Below, piece after piece: positions 36,858-47,157 of a stretch of 64,000 nucleotides of DNA; position 1 is the first letter of the stretch, and each line of letters opens with the position of its first letter. A program made the translations under genes and the position numbers. This DNA comes from Candidatus Uhrbacteria bacterium. Its GTDB lineage: Bacteria > Patescibacteriota > Patescibacteriia > UBA9934 > GWF2-40-263. The notes under the pieces were generated by a model. That model was not told where the DNA came from, searched no databases, and was given only the letters and a program-made list of their open reading frames with translations. The DNA is taken from positions 12,708 through 76,707 of the forward strand of contig JBAXQK010000001.1 in the NCBI GenBank assembly GCA_037131775.1, read 5' to 3'.

Positions 36858-37328
36858 TTATACGTGACACGTCGACATTCCGCGCTTCGCAAGATACTGC
36901 TGGTGGTAATCCTCAGCCGGATAGAACGTGACGGCAGGGACGATCTCGGTGACAATCGGCTTGTTCCATTTCCCACTAGCTTCCAGGGCCGCGCGCGACC
37001 GTTCCGCCGCGGCTTTTTGGTCCTCGTCGTGATAAAAGATCACGCTTCGATACTGCGTCCCGACGTCCGGGCCCTGGCGGTTCAGCGTCGTTGGATTGTG
37101 GTTGCTCCAAAAGACGTCGAGCAACGAATCGTAGCCGACGGCCGCAGGATCGTACTCGACCTGGACGACCTCCGCGTGGCCGGACTCGTTCGAGCAAACG
37201 TCCTCGTACGTCGGGCTCAGCGTGTCGCCGCCGGTATAGCCGACCATGGTCTTTGTCACTCCCGGGAGCTTGCGGAACGTCTCCTCCACGCCCCAGAAGC
37301 ATCCCGCGCCGAACGTTGCCGTGCTCAT
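36858..37328 (-). CDS. msrA: Peptide methionine sulfoxide reductase MsrA.
   Basis: [12 protein letters not shown] active-site motif. Start set at MSTATF. The track ORF extends 9 further codons to 37355. Confidence 0.85.
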   Translation of the reverse strand: MSTATFGAGCFWGVEETFRKLPGVTKTMVGYTGGDTLSPTYEDVCSNESGHAEVVQVEYDPAAVGYDSLLDVFWSNHNPTTLNRQGPDVGTQYRSVIFYHDEDQKAAAERSRAALEASGKWNKPIVTEIVPAVTFYPAEDYHQQYLAKRGMSTCHV

Positions 37329-37337
37329 ATGGTATAA
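37329..37337 (+). promoter_or_regulatory. Extended -10 element TGGTATAAT, 7 nt upstream of ATG 37345; possible leaderless transcript.
   Basis: A TGnTATAAT consensus match seen directly in the sequence, with no room for an SD sequence. Confidence 0.3.
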
Positions 37338-37344
37338 TAGGTTC

Positions 37345-37794
37345 ATGAAGAGCATATCAAAATCATCGAAGGTTGAAAATCGGTCGCTCCCGGAATTCCG
37401 GCACGCCTTTGCCGGACTTGCCGCTGTCCTTTCCGCGGATGTGATCAGCCTTGGCTTTCATGTCTACGAGCGGTTCCCGGACATCGACGTCCCGATGCAC
37501 GTGGCCGGGGGATTCTTCGTCGGTCTCTTCGCGATCTGCGTCCGCAACGAGCTGCTTCGCCGCAGACTCATTGCGCGGGCTCCCTGGTGGTACGACCTGA
37601 TCTTCGCGGTCGGCTTCGTCGCGGTCGTCGCGATCTTTTGGGAGCTGTACGAGTTTGTCCTCGACGCGACGTACGTGGCCAGCCATCATCTGATGAAGAG
37701 CCAGATCTCCGTCGCGGACACGGTCGACGACCTGATGAACGGAATAATCGGCGCCGCATTCGCGTTCTGGGTGCACGGAAGCGCAAAGAAATAG
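37345..37794 (+). CDS. Hypothetical integral membrane protein (4 TM helices).
   Basis: Hydrophobic helices. No motif. Confidence 0.4.
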   Translation: MKSISKSSKVENRSLPEFRHAFAGLAAVLSADVISLGFHVYERFPDIDVPMHVAGGFFVGLFAICVRNELLRRRLIARAPWWYDLIFAVGFVAVVAIFWELYEFVLDATYVASHHLMKSQISVADTVDDLMNGIIGAAFAFWVHGSAKK

Positions 37795-37813
37795 GCACCC
37801 CTTGACAGCTACA

Positions 37814-38129
<316 letters not shown>

Positions 38130-38198
38130 TAGGCGTACTCACTCGAAACGCTCTCGCCTCGGCGAGGGCGTTTTGCTTTTGTGCTATACTGTCGGCGT

Positions 38199-38582
38199 AT
38201 GAATGACGATGCCTGGAAGGAAACGCTGACTCCCGAGCAGTACGCCGTCTTGCGGCAATGCGGCACGGAACCCCCGTTTGAGAACGCGTATTGGAACCAT
38301 CACGAGGACGGGACATACCGATGCGCGGCGTGCGACGCGACCCTTTTTTCCTCCGAGACCAAATTTGACTCCGGCACCGGCTGGCCAAGCTTTTCGGACG
38401 TGTCGACAAGCGAGGCGATAGACCTCATCGAGGACCGATCGCATGGGATGTCTCGGACGGAGGTGAAGTGTCGGAAGTGCGGAGGACACCTTGGGCATTT
38501 GTTTAACGATGGGCCGACGCTGACCGGGAAACGATTCTGCATCAACTCGGCGGCGCTCAATTTTGCAAAGAAATCCGTATGA
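38199..38582 (+). CDS. msrB: Peptide methionine sulfoxide reductase MsrB.
   Basis: CAACDATLF and CRKCGGHLGHLF zinc-binding CxxC pairs. RCGGHLGHLFNDGP is the catalytic motif. Confidence 0.85.
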   Translation: MNDDAWKETLTPEQYAVLRQCGTEPPFENAYWNHHEDGTYRCAACDATLFSSETKFDSGTGWPSFSDVSTSEAIDLIEDRSHGMSRTEVKCRKCGGHLGHLFNDGPTLTGKRFCINSAALNFAKKSV

Positions 38583-39823
38583 CAAAGCTTCGTCGCGATT
38601 CTCTCGCCGTCCTCAAGGCCGGCCTGGCCGCCATCAAGACCCGCGAGGCCGTTCGTCGCCAGTGCGTCCTGAAGGGATCCGTGCTGACGGTCGCCGGCAA
38701 CGCCTTTGATCTGAAGACGTTCAACCGCCTGTACGTCATCGGCTTCGGGAAGGCCTCCCTGCAGACGGCTGAGGAACTTGAGAAGATTCTTGGGGATCGA
38801 ATCACGGACGGGATCGTCCTTGACGTTAAGAAGGCGAATCTGAGGCGCGTCAAGAGCATAAAGGGGACGCATCCGTTTCCAAGCGAGGGGAACCGAATTG
38901 CGACTGGAAAGATCATGGAAATCGTACGTCAGGCCGACAGCCGGGACCTGATCATCACGATCGTCTCCGGAGGCGGCTCGGCGCTCCTGTGCATGCCTCA
39001 CAAATTTTCCTGCGACGACCTGACCATTCTGACGCGCGCGCTGATGAGCCAGGGGGCGACGATCGAGGAAACGAACACGGTCCGAAAGCACCTTTCCGAG
39101 ATTCAAGGAGGGCAGTTCGCTCGTCTCGCCTATCCGGCGACGCTGCTCGGGCTGATCTTCTCCGACGTTCCCGGCAACGACATCCATGTGATTTCCTCCG
39201 GGCCGACCGTCATGGACACGACGACCGTGGCCGACGCGCGTCGGATCATGAAGCGCTACGATCTGCTGAAGGTGTGCAAGCTTCCAACCTGCGAGCTGCG
39301 CGAGACGCCGAAGGACCCCGTTTTCTTCCAGAAGGTTACGAACGTCTTCCTGATGAACAACACGTTCGCCATCGCCGCGATGGAGGTCGAGGCAAGGCGT
39401 CGCGGATACGGGACCCGGGTCTACTCGACGGGTCTGACCGGTGAGGCAAGGGAAGTCGGCCGTCTCCTCGCGGGTCTTCCGCGTTCCGGTGAGATGGTAT
39501 TCGCGGCGGGCGAGACGACCGTGACGATCCTCGGCAACGGCAAGGGCGGACGCAACCAGGAGGTCGCGCTCGGCGCCCTCGGGACGGTCGACGACGACGC
39601 GCTCGTCATCTCCTGTGCCTCGGACGGAATCGACAATACGCCAGCCGCCGGCGCGATCGCGGACAAGGAGACGAAGTCGCATGTAAAATCCCTTCGCATG
39701 AACGTCGACGTCGCGCTCGCCAAGAATGCTTCCTACGCTTTCTTCAAAAAATCCGGCGACCACATCGTGACCGGGGTGACCGGCGCGAACGTCTCCGACC
39801 TATTCATTGCCGCGCGCAAATAA
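38579..39823 (+). CDS. Glycerate kinase (glycerate 2-kinase, MOFRL/GckA family).
   Basis: DUF4147-like N-terminal domain (VIGFGKAS) and MOFRL C-terminal domain (GGETTVT..GNGKGGRNQE). ATGA overlap with msrB. Confidence 0.7.
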   Translation: MTKLRRDSLAVLKAGLAAIKTREAVRRQCVLKGSVLTVAGNAFDLKTFNRLYVIGFGKASLQTAEELEKILGDRITDGIVLDVKKANLRRVKSIKGTHPFPSEGNRIATGKIMEIVRQADSRDLIITIVSGGGSALLCMPHKFSCDDLTILTRALMSQGATIEETNTVRKHLSEIQGGQFARLAYPATLLGLIFSDVPGNDIHVISSGPTVMDTTTVADARRIMKRYDLLKVCKLPTCELRETPKDPVFFQKVTNVFLMNNTFAIAAMEVEARRRGYGTRVYSTGLTGEAREVGRLLAGLPRSGEMVFAAGETTVTILGNGKGGRNQEVALGALGTVDDDALVISCASDGIDNTPAAGAIADKETKSHVKSLRMNVDVALAKNASYAFFKKSGDHIVTGVTGANVSDLFIAARK

Positions 39824-39824
39824 T

Positions 39825-40754
39825 ATGAGCTATCTTTCCATGCTGCTCGTCATCGCCGGTCTTGCCGTCTTCGAGACCGTCTCAAGCATCGACAATGCCA
39901 TCATCAACGCGGAAGTGCTCCATGGGATGGGCAAGAAAGCCCGCCAATGGTTTCTTGTATGGGGTCTCTTCTTCGCCGTCTTCGTAGTACGCGGACTGCT
40001 CCCGTGGCTGATCGTCTATTTCGTGAACCCGTCGCTTGGACTCATGGGGTCCCTGACCGCCACGTTCTCGAACGACCCGCGCGTCCTTGAGGCCGTCGAG
40101 GCATCCGCTCCGATCCTTCTCGCGGGCGGCGGAGTCTTCCTTGTTTTCCTGTTCTTTCACTGGTTGTTCCTAGAGACAAAGAACTTCGGGATTGTCGGCG
40201 AGAAATTCTTCTACAATCAAGGGGTCTGGTTCTATGCCGTCGTGTCCGTCATTCTCGCGACCGTCGTTTGGTTCGCGCTAAAGATCAATCCGGTGATGGC
40301 ATTCGGCGCGGTGATCGGATCGACGGCGTTCTTCATCACCCACGGCTTCAAGCAGAACGCGGAGCTCGCGGAAAAGCAGATGATGGGCGGAAACTCGGGA
40401 ATGAGCGACATCGCGAAGATTATGTACCTTGAGATCATCGACATGACCTTTTCCATCGACGGAGTTCTGGGGGCGTTCGCGTTTACGCTTTCCGTTCCGC
40501 TCATCCTCATCGGGAACGGGTTTGGCGCCGTCATCGTGCGACAGCTGACAATCGGCAATATCGACCGCATCAAGAAGCTTGTCTACCTGAAGAATGGCGC
40601 GATGTACTCGATCCTTTTCCTTGGCGCGATCATGCTCGCCGATGCCTTCGGAATTCACGTGCCGCAGTGGCTCTCGCCGCTCATGACGTTCTCGGTCGTC
40701 GGATTCTTTTGGTGGAAGTCGGTGAATCATGCTAAAATGAACGCGACCCGTTAA
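39825..40754 (+). CDS. DUF475 / TerC-like integral membrane protein.
   Basis: Polytopic protein with SIDNAIINAEVL and a second SIDGVLGAFAF repeat typical of DUF475/TerC-type proteins. Confidence 0.45.
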   Translation: MSYLSMLLVIAGLAVFETVSSIDNAIINAEVLHGMGKKARQWFLVWGLFFAVFVVRGLLPWLIVYFVNPSLGLMGSLTATFSNDPRVLEAVEASAPILLAGGGVFLVFLFFHWLFLETKNFGIVGEKFFYNQGVWFYAVVSVILATVVWFALKINPVMAFGAVIGSTAFFITHGFKQNAELAEKQMMGGNSGMSDIAKIMYLEIIDMTFSIDGVLGAFAFTLSVPLILIGNGFGAVIVRQLTIGNIDRIKKLVYLKNGAMYSILFLGAIMLADAFGIHVPQWLSPLMTFSVVGFFWWKSVNHAKMNATR

Positions 40755-40773
40755 AAAATGAGACTCGATCCTT

Positions 40774-41562
40774 ATGGCCACGCAACAACCGTCCCTTTTT
40801 CCAACCTGGCAGGAGAATAAGCCGCTTGCGCTCGCACTGTTGCTTACGTTCGCCTTTCTCATCGCCTTTCTCATGGCAAAGACGACCCAGACGCTCGCGC
40901 AGACGCGTCGCATCTCAAAGCCTCTCCCCGTCGAGCACCAGATTACGATCGAGGGAGCCGGCAAGGTTACCGGCGTTCCCGACATCGCGTCGATCAGCAT
41001 GGGAATCGAGTCAAAGGGCGACGCCGTCGCCGTCGCGCAGCAGGCCAATACCGACGGGGTGAACGCGCTGATCAATCGGATCGTCGCGCTTGGCATTGCG
41101 AAGGACGACCTGCAGACGGCGAATTACAGCGTCTACCAGAACACCACGTACGATCCGGACACGGGTATTTCCACGCCGGCCGGATGGACGGTCAGCCAGC
41201 AGCTCACCGTGAAGGTGCGCGACACGGCCAAAATTTCCACGGTGCTCGACACGGCGGGGAAGAACGGCGCTACGAACATTAGCGGCCCGAACTTCACGAT
41301 CGATGACCCGAGCGCGCTCAAGGCCCAGGCGCGCGAAAAGGCGCTCGCCGATGCAACCGAGAAGGCCGCGGCGCTCTCGAAGACGCTCGGGCTGCGGCTC
41401 GAGGAGGTGATTGGTTACAGCGAATACGTCGACAACGGCCCGGTCCCGTACTTCGGCGGCGTAATGATGGACAAGTCGATGACAAACGCCGCGCCGGAGA
41501 TCCTTGCGGGGACGAACGACGTGACGCTGAACGTGTCCGTGACGTACAGGCTCGCGGAGTAA
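40774..41562 (+). CDS. SIMPL-domain (DUF541) periplasmic protein.
   Basis: Signal/TM anchor. ITIEGAGKV...ANYSVYQNT...LTVKVRD...ISGPNFTID... is the SIMPL pattern. Confidence 0.6.
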   Translation: MATQQPSLFPTWQENKPLALALLLTFAFLIAFLMAKTTQTLAQTRRISKPLPVEHQITIEGAGKVTGVPDIASISMGIESKGDAVAVAQQANTDGVNALINRIVALGIAKDDLQTANYSVYQNTTYDPDTGISTPAGWTVSQQLTVKVRDTAKISTVLDTAGKNGATNISGPNFTIDDPSALKAQAREKALADATEKAAALSKTLGLRLEEVIGYSEYVDNGPVPYFGGVMMDKSMTNAAPEILAGTNDVTLNVSVTYRLAE

Positions 41563-41644
41563 CGAAAGGGCTCATGGGGCGCATTTGGCGCAGAAGGTTC
41601 ATCGGGTAAAAAAAACCCGTCCTGGGTGGACGGGAAGAGACTCA

Positions 41645-43450
41645 CTACAGCGTCGCTTCGACGCTGTTTTGAATGGAGACGAGCTCGTTGTACAGGCCGT
41701 TCTTGCGACGAAGCTGCTCGTCGGTTCCAACCTCCTTTACGCGGCCTTCCTCCAGCACGACGATGATGTCCGCGGACTGGATCGTCGAAAGCCTGTGGGC
41801 GATGACAATGAACGTGCGGCCGGCCTTGTGCTTGGCCATGAACCCCTGGATCTTGGCCTCGGCGATGGAATCGACGCTCGAGGTCGCCTCGTCGAGGATG
41901 ACGATGGGCGGGTCGAGAAGCCATGCCCGCGCAATCCCCAGCCGTTGGCGCTGTCCGCCCGAGAGTCGAAACCCGCGGTCGCCAACCTTCGTGTCGTATC
42001 CGTTCTCGAGCTCGCCGATGAACCCGTGCGCGTCGGCGATGTGCGCGGCAAGCTCGATCTCCTCGCGCGTGGCGTCCGGGCGTCCGTACGCGATGTTCTC
42101 GGCCACGGTCATGTCGTAGATCTGCACGTCCTGGAGCACATACCCGATCTGCCGGCGGAACTGGCGCTTGCCATATGCCCGCAGGTCGACTCCGTCCAGC
42201 AGGATCTGTCCTGCCGTCGGGTCGTCGCACCGCATGATCAGCTTTGCGAGCGTGCTTTTGCCGCTGCCGGACTTTCCGACGATCGCGACCATCCTGCCTG
42301 CGGGAAACGTGAGGGTAATTCCCGTGAGCGCAAGCTTCGACGCATGGTATTCCTTGCCTTCACGGCGGCTGCGGTAGGCATAGTCGACGCCGCGGAACTC
42401 GATTCCTCCGACGAGGCGGTTCGGAACCGCGACGGGTTCGGTCGGATCGGGAACCGTGTCAACCTCGGCAAGGATCACGTTGATCTCGCGCACCGCGTCG
42501 ATTGCCTCCATGGCGGTCTCGAAGATGGCGCCGATCCGGTAGCAGCCGATGAACACCTTCTCCGCGAGCGTAATGACGAACACGAGCATTCCCACGGAAA
42601 GGGAGCCGTCGAGGACGGACGTCGCGCACACGTAGATGACGCCGACACGCCCGGCACTCACGAGCGTATTGCGCGTGAAGTCTGAAATGTCGTACGCGTG
42701 AAACTCGGGCTTCATGAGCCGGACAATCTCGTCGCGGATCATCTTCACGCGGGCCATCTCCCAGATCTCCTGCGCGAACGCTTGGGTTGTCATCACGTTC
42801 GTGATCGCCTGGCCGAGCACCTCGTCGGCGTCGGCGAACTTGCGGTGGCGCGCCATGCGGTAGGCGGCCCATTTCGTCTTGACGGCCGAGGTGATCGCGA
42901 CGAACGTCACGAATACCGCCGCGAAGATGAGTGCCGACTCGGGGCTGTAGTAGGCGAGAAGCGCGCCGGTCGCGAGCGTCTGGATGAGCAGCGGAAAGAT
43001 GTCAAACAGGAAGGTGCCCATGATCTGGCCGCACTTGTATACGCCGCGCACGATCTTGCCGATGAGCAGACCCGTATTTTCCGTCTGGTGGAACACGTAC
43101 GGGAGCTCCAGCAGCTTTGTTCCCGCGATGAGCGGTAGGTCGTGCTCGATGGTGGTCCACGCGTCGCGGATCGTCACGGTCTTTCGCATGTTCACGATTC
43201 CGATGACCGTGAGGATACCGAGCATGAACAGGCAGAGCGGCCCGATTTCCGTGACGGCCTTCTGTCCGGATCCCATGATCAGGTTCACGACCCGCATCAC
43301 CATGTACGGCTCGAAGAGCGCGAGGACCTGCACGACGCTTACCCAGACCGCCGCGCGCTTGATTTTCGACGCGAACGGACGTACCAGCTTCGCGTAATCC
43401 TTGACGAATGAAAGGAACAAGACTGCCTCCAGGAAACGGTGGAAACCCAA
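41645..43450 (-). CDS. ABC exporter, fused permease plus ATP-binding protein.
   Basis: Six TM helices, GKSGSGKST Walker A, LSGGQRQRLGIARAW signature, ILDEATS Walker B. Confidence 0.8.
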   Translation of the reverse strand: MGFHRFLEAVLFLSFVKDYAKLVRPFASKIKRAAVWVSVVQVLALFEPYMVMRVVNLIMGSGQKAVTEIGPLCLFMLGILTVIGIVNMRKTVTIRDAWTTIEHDLPLIAGTKLLELPYVFHQTENTGLLIGKIVRGVYKCGQIMGTFLFDIFPLLIQTLATGALLAYYSPESALIFAAVFVTFVAITSAVKTKWAAYRMARHRKFADADEVLGQAITNVMTTQAFAQEIWEMARVKMIRDEIVRLMKPEFHAYDISDFTRNTLVSAGRVGVIYVCATSVLDGSLSVGMLVFVITLAEKVFIGCYRIGAIFETAMEAIDAVREINVILAEVDTVPDPTEPVAVPNRLVGGIEFRGVDYAYRSRREGKEYHASKLALTGITLTFPAGRMVAIVGKSGSGKSTLAKLIMRCDDPTAGQILLDGVDLRAYGKRQFRRQIGYVLQDVQIYDMTVAENIAYGRPDATREEIELAAHIADAHGFIGELENGYDTKVGDRGFRLSGGQRQRLGIARAWLLDPPIVILDEATSSVDSIAEAKIQGFMAKHKAGRTFIVIAHRLSTIQSADIIVVLEEGRVKEVGTDEQLRRKNGLYNELVSIQNSVEATL

Positions 43451-43729
43451 CCGGGATGGTCGGGCCTGCGCTGACCTCGACCGCCGTTATCGGGCGGTCG
43501 AACGCAGAGAAAACCCGGCCATGAAATCACAACCATCGCAAACGCCAGCCATTGCGGCGGGAGTCCGCGGAATCTCGTAATTGTATGCGAGGTTGGACAT
43601 AGGGGTTTTGTTAAGAGTTTTACCATACGGGAAAAAAGAGCCCGCGTCAAGGGATGAGGGGGATTGACAAGAGAAAATTGGCTATGTGTATTGGAAAATG
43701 AGACGCCGCCATTCCAGCGTTTGTAAGTG

Positions 43730-43758
43730 TTGACAATACACAAACTAAGGATTACGAT
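43730..43758 (+). promoter_or_regulatory. Sigma70-type promoter TTGACA-17-TACGAT upstream of pnuC.
   Basis: Consensus -35 with a 4/6 -10, located 33 nt before the pnuC ATG. Confidence 0.4.
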
Positions 43759-43790
43759 GGGGATAAGTTAACGTCATTAATACAATAACT

Positions 43791-44423
43791 ATGAAACGCC
43801 CTCTCGCAGTCCTGTCCGTCGCCTCCGCCGTCCTTCTGCTCGGATCCGCCACCGGCGCGCTCCCGATCGACCTCGTGGAGGCGCTCGGATTCGTCACCGG
43901 AGGTCTCACCGTTTGGCTGACCGTGAAGGAAAACGTCTGGTGCTGGCCGATCGGCATCGCTAACAATGTCTTTTTCGTCGTCTTGTTCTGGAACGCGCAT
44001 CTGTTCGCGGACATGGGACTGCAGGTGGTGTACATTGTCCTGTCCGTTCTCGGCTGGTACTGGTGGGTTCGGGGCGGGACGCATCACGACGCGTTGCGGG
44101 TTTCGCGAACGCCGGCTCGCGAATGGCTGGCGTTGGTCCCGCTTGCGATCGTCGCGACGGCCCTCATGCAGCGGTATCTCGCGTCCGTCGGGGACGCGGC
44201 CCCGTTTCTCGACGCGTCTACGACCGTTGCCAGCCTTGTCGCTCAGTATCTCCTGACGCGAAAGTATCTGGAGAACTGGTACGTCTGGATGGCCGCGGAC
44301 GTCGTGTACGTGGGCCTCTATGCTCTGAAGGGCCTTCCGCTCACGGCCGTCCTGTACGCCGTCTTCTTCTGCCTGTGCATTTCCGGCCTTCGCGCCTGGA
44401 AGCGCACGGCCATCTCACCCTAG
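43791..44423 (+). CDS. pnuC: Nicotinamide riboside transporter PnuC.
   Basis: Seven TM helices. WCWPIGIANN...GWYWW signature Trp motifs. Confidence 0.75.
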   Translation: MKRPLAVLSVASAVLLLGSATGALPIDLVEALGFVTGGLTVWLTVKENVWCWPIGIANNVFFVVLFWNAHLFADMGLQVVYIVLSVLGWYWWVRGGTHHDALRVSRTPAREWLALVPLAIVATALMQRYLASVGDAAPFLDASTTVASLVAQYLLTRKYLENWYVWMAADVVYVGLYALKGLPLTAVLYAVFFCLCISGLRAWKRTAISP

Positions 44424-44441
44424 CGTCCATGGGAGGACATC

Positions 44442-45410
44442 ATGTTTGCAAACGGCCTCGTGATTGGAAAGTTCTATCCGCCGCACCGCGGCCATAAGTA
44501 TCTCATCGACACCGCTATGAAAAACGCGTCCCAGGTCATCGTGCTCGTCTGCGACAACCCGGCCCAGGCCATTCCCGCGGCCCTGCGCGCGGAGTGGATT
44601 CGCAAGATTCATCCGGGCGCGGACGTTCGTGTCATTCCGGACACCGTCGCGGATGACGATTCCGAGGGGTGGGCGAACTACGTCCGCGCGACGATCGGGT
44701 TCGCGCCGGACGCGGTGTTCACCTCCGAGGATTACGGCGACCCGTTCGCGCATTTCCTTGGGTGCGCGCATGTCTGCGTGGACAAGAAGCGCACGGCCGT
44801 TCCGATCTCCGGAACCGCCGTGCGCCAGGACCCGCTGGCGAACCTGGACTACCTCGAGCCCTGCGTGCGCGACTACTTCCTTCCGCGCGTCTGCGTCCTC
44901 GGCGCCGAGTCGACGGGAACGACGACGTTGTCCCGCGCCCTCGCGGAGCACTATCGCACCGCGTGGGTACCGGAATACGGGCGGACGTACTGCGAGGGCA
45001 AGTTCTCGTCCTCGAAGTCCTCGGACTGGAACACGGGCGAGTTCGTTCACATCGCGCGCACTCAATGCGCGATGGAGGACGCCCTGGCCGCCACCGCGGA
45101 CCGCCTGCTCGTGTGCGATACGAACGCGTTCGCGACCGGGCTCTGGCACGAGCGCTACCTGGAAACGCGTTCCTCCGAGGTGGAGGCCGTCCACTCGGGA
45201 CGCCGCTATGCGCTGTATATTCTCACGGGCGACGAGATTCCGTTCGTCCAGGACGGGCTCCGCGACGGCGAGCACATTCGCCACGCGATGCAACGGCGCT
45301 TCGTCGAGCGGCTCGACGAGGAGGGATTTCCATACGTCGTCGTGACGGGGTCTCCGGAGGAGCGCCTCGCGACGGCGATCGCGGAGATCGAACGGAGAAT
45401 CCTGTCCTGA
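44442..45410 (+). CDS. nadR: NadR-type bifunctional NMN adenylyltransferase / ribosylnicotinamide kinase, lacking the N-terminal HTH.
   Basis: GKFYPPHRGH (HxGH nucleotidyltransferase motif) and a central Walker A GAESTGTTTL of the RNK domain. Adjacent to pnuC. Confidence 0.7.
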   Translation: MFANGLVIGKFYPPHRGHKYLIDTAMKNASQVIVLVCDNPAQAIPAALRAEWIRKIHPGADVRVIPDTVADDDSEGWANYVRATIGFAPDAVFTSEDYGDPFAHFLGCAHVCVDKKRTAVPISGTAVRQDPLANLDYLEPCVRDYFLPRVCVLGAESTGTTTLSRALAEHYRTAWVPEYGRTYCEGKFSSSKSSDWNTGEFVHIARTQCAMEDALAATADRLLVCDTNAFATGLWHERYLETRSSEVEAVHSGRRYALYILTGDEIPFVQDGLRDGEHIRHAMQRRFVERLDEEGFPYVVVTGSPEERLATAIAEIERRILS

Positions 45411-45414
45411 TACT

Positions 45415-45446
45415 GCGGGGCCGAACGTCGGCCCCGCGATTTTTAT
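45415..45446 (+). terminator. Rho-independent terminator GCGGGGCCG-aacgt-CGGCCCCGC + TTTTTAT for nadR.
   Basis: Perfect 9-bp GC stem plus a T tract, 5 nt after the stop codon. Confidence 0.6.
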
Positions 45447-45453
45447 AAAAAAA

Positions 45454-45475
45454 TCAGATCGAAGGCTCGATCTGA
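45454..45475 (-). terminator. Minus-strand rho-independent terminator TCAGATCGA-nnnn-TCGATCTGA followed by T7, for gene 45454..45969; overlaps its stop codon.
   Basis: Perfect 9-bp stem. The A7 run on the plus strand is a T7 run on the minus strand. Confidence 0.5.
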
Positions 45476-45969
45476 CGAAAGGGTCCATGCCTCGCGATGT
45501 ACGCGGCAACCTGCGGCTGGAGCTGGCGTTCGGCCTCCTCGACGTTGCCGTCGGCGTATGCCTCCCGTACCGAGGTGGAGGAGGCGTCGAGCGGACAGAC
45601 GAGCACGGGGCCGTCATGACGGGGAGGAAGGTCTTCCGGACGGCACTCGTCCTGTCGGGTGACGACGCGAAACCGTGCCACGTTCCAAAGCCGCTTTCCG
45701 TCCTTCCACTTGCCTTGGATGTCCGAGCTCCCGCAGTCACCGTTCAGGACATAGCCGGATCCGACCACGATTATCGGGGAGATTCCGGAGGCGAGCAGCT
45801 GTTCGTGCAGTTCGGCCGGCGGCGTGAACGAGCGGTTCAGATCGGAGAAGTCAAACGCGATGCGAGCGTCATCGATCCCCTCGAAGGCCAGGCGCACGAT
45901 CTCCTCGCGCTGCCAAGCGTGCATCGATCCAAACTCATCCGGCGCATACCATCCGCGTGGACGGATCAA
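45454..45969 (-). CDS. Hypothetical protein, 171 aa.
   Basis: An ORF with good coding-like composition. No motif recognised. Confidence 0.35.
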   Translation of the reverse strand: MIRPRGWYAPDEFGSMHAWQREEIVRLAFEGIDDARIAFDFSDLNRSFTPPAELHEQLLASGISPIIVVGSGYVLNGDCGSSDIQGKWKDGKRLWNVARFRVVTRQDECRPEDLPPRHDGPVLVCPLDASSTSVREAYADGNVEEAERQLQPQVAAYIARHGPFRQIEPSI

Positions 45970-46094
45970 TACGTTGGCGTATTTGCGCCGCGAGCTCCCT
46001 CGCGATCCATGCGTGCGCGAGCGTTGGCGGGAAGAAGCTGCGGGAAAGTACGGCGAGTTCCATGGTGTCTCCGAGGTCTTTGGAAAGTTTTCTC

Positions 46095-47156
46095 CTAAAC
46101 GGCACTCTTGTCAATGGCCGCGGTCAGCACGATGAGCTGTCCGCACGCGGCGGCGATGTCATCGCCCATCGTCTTGCGCTTCATTGCCGTGATCCCTGCC
46201 TGGCCAAGGATGGCGAGGAAGCGGGAGATCTGGTTCTCCTCGCTGCATTCGAACTCGCAGTCGGTAAGGTTGTAGGGGATCAGGTTGCAGCGGACGTTCC
46301 CGATCGAGCGGACGAACGAGGCCAGGGCGTGCGCCTGCTCGTTCGTGTCGTTCACGCCCTTGAGCATCACGTACTCGAAGGTGAGGTGATGGCGTCGGTT
46401 GCCGAGGACGTCAAGATATCGGCGCGCCCAGTCCGCAAGCTTCGGGAGGAAATCGTCGTACGAGGTCGGCACGATCTGCTTGCGCGTGGCTGCCACGGCG
46501 CTGTGCAGCGAGACGGCGAGGCGCACGTGCGGCCAGTCCTTGTCGGTAAGAATTTGCTCGAGACGCGGAAGGACTCCGACGGTCGAGACGGTGATGCGCG
46601 TCTTGCCGAGGTCGGTGTGGGCAAGGAGAACGTTCAGCGTCTCCTTCACGTTCTCGTAGTTTGCCAGCGGCTCGCCCATGCCCATGAAGACGACGTTGGA
46701 GATACGGGAAGGGTTGGAGGGAAGCGATGGCCGCTGGTTCGTCAGGTATGTCTGCCAGAAGCGATACTGGTCGACGATCTCGTCGGAAGTGAGCGAGCGT
46801 TTCAGGCCCATTTTTCCGGTCGCGCAAAAACCGCAGCGCATGGCGCATCCGACCTGCGAGGAGACGCAGATGGTCCAGTCGCCGCGCACGTTCTCCATCA
46901 GCACGGACTCGATCACCTGGCCGTCTGCAAGATTGAGCAGCGCCTTGTGCGTGTCCCGTTTCTTTCCGACCATGACGGTATTCGTCGAGACGGACATCCA
47001 CGGGAGGTCGACGAGCTTGGCGCGCATCTCCTTGGACAGGGAGGTCACGCCGTCCCAGCCGGCGATCGAGGAAACGAAAAACGCCTGCTCAATCTGTTTC
47101 CAGCGAAAGGCAGGCGTATTCGGGAACAGGAGGTTGAACTGTTCCTTTCGGTTCAT
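46095..47156 (-). CDS. rlmN: 23S rRNA (A2503-C2)/tRNA methyltransferase RlmN (radical SAM).
   Basis: CAMRCGFCATG CxxxCxxC radical SAM motif, GMGEPLAN, and a C-terminal Cys (AAACGQL). Confidence 0.8.
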   Translation of the reverse strand: MNRKEQFNLLFPNTPAFRWKQIEQAFFVSSIAGWDGVTSLSKEMRAKLVDLPWMSVSTNTVMVGKKRDTHKALLNLADGQVIESVLMENVRGDWTICVSSQVGCAMRCGFCATGKMGLKRSLTSDEIVDQYRFWQTYLTNQRPSLPSNPSRISNVVFMGMGEPLANYENVKETLNVLLAHTDLGKTRITVSTVGVLPRLEQILTDKDWPHVRLAVSLHSAVAATRKQIVPTSYDDFLPKLADWARRYLDVLGNRRHHLTFEYVMLKGVNDTNEQAHALASFVRSIGNVRCNLIPYNLTDCEFECSEENQISRFLAILGQAGITAMKRKTMGDDIAAACGQLIVLTAAIDKSAV

Positions 47157-47157
47157 G

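Noticed and set aside
43451-43790. NAD+ riboswitch (pnuC motif) upstream of pnuC.
   Set aside because: The best promoter (TTGACA-17-TACGAT) leaves only about 33 nt of leader. No convincing conserved pseudoknot elements could be recognised by eye. Kept only as a low-interest note.
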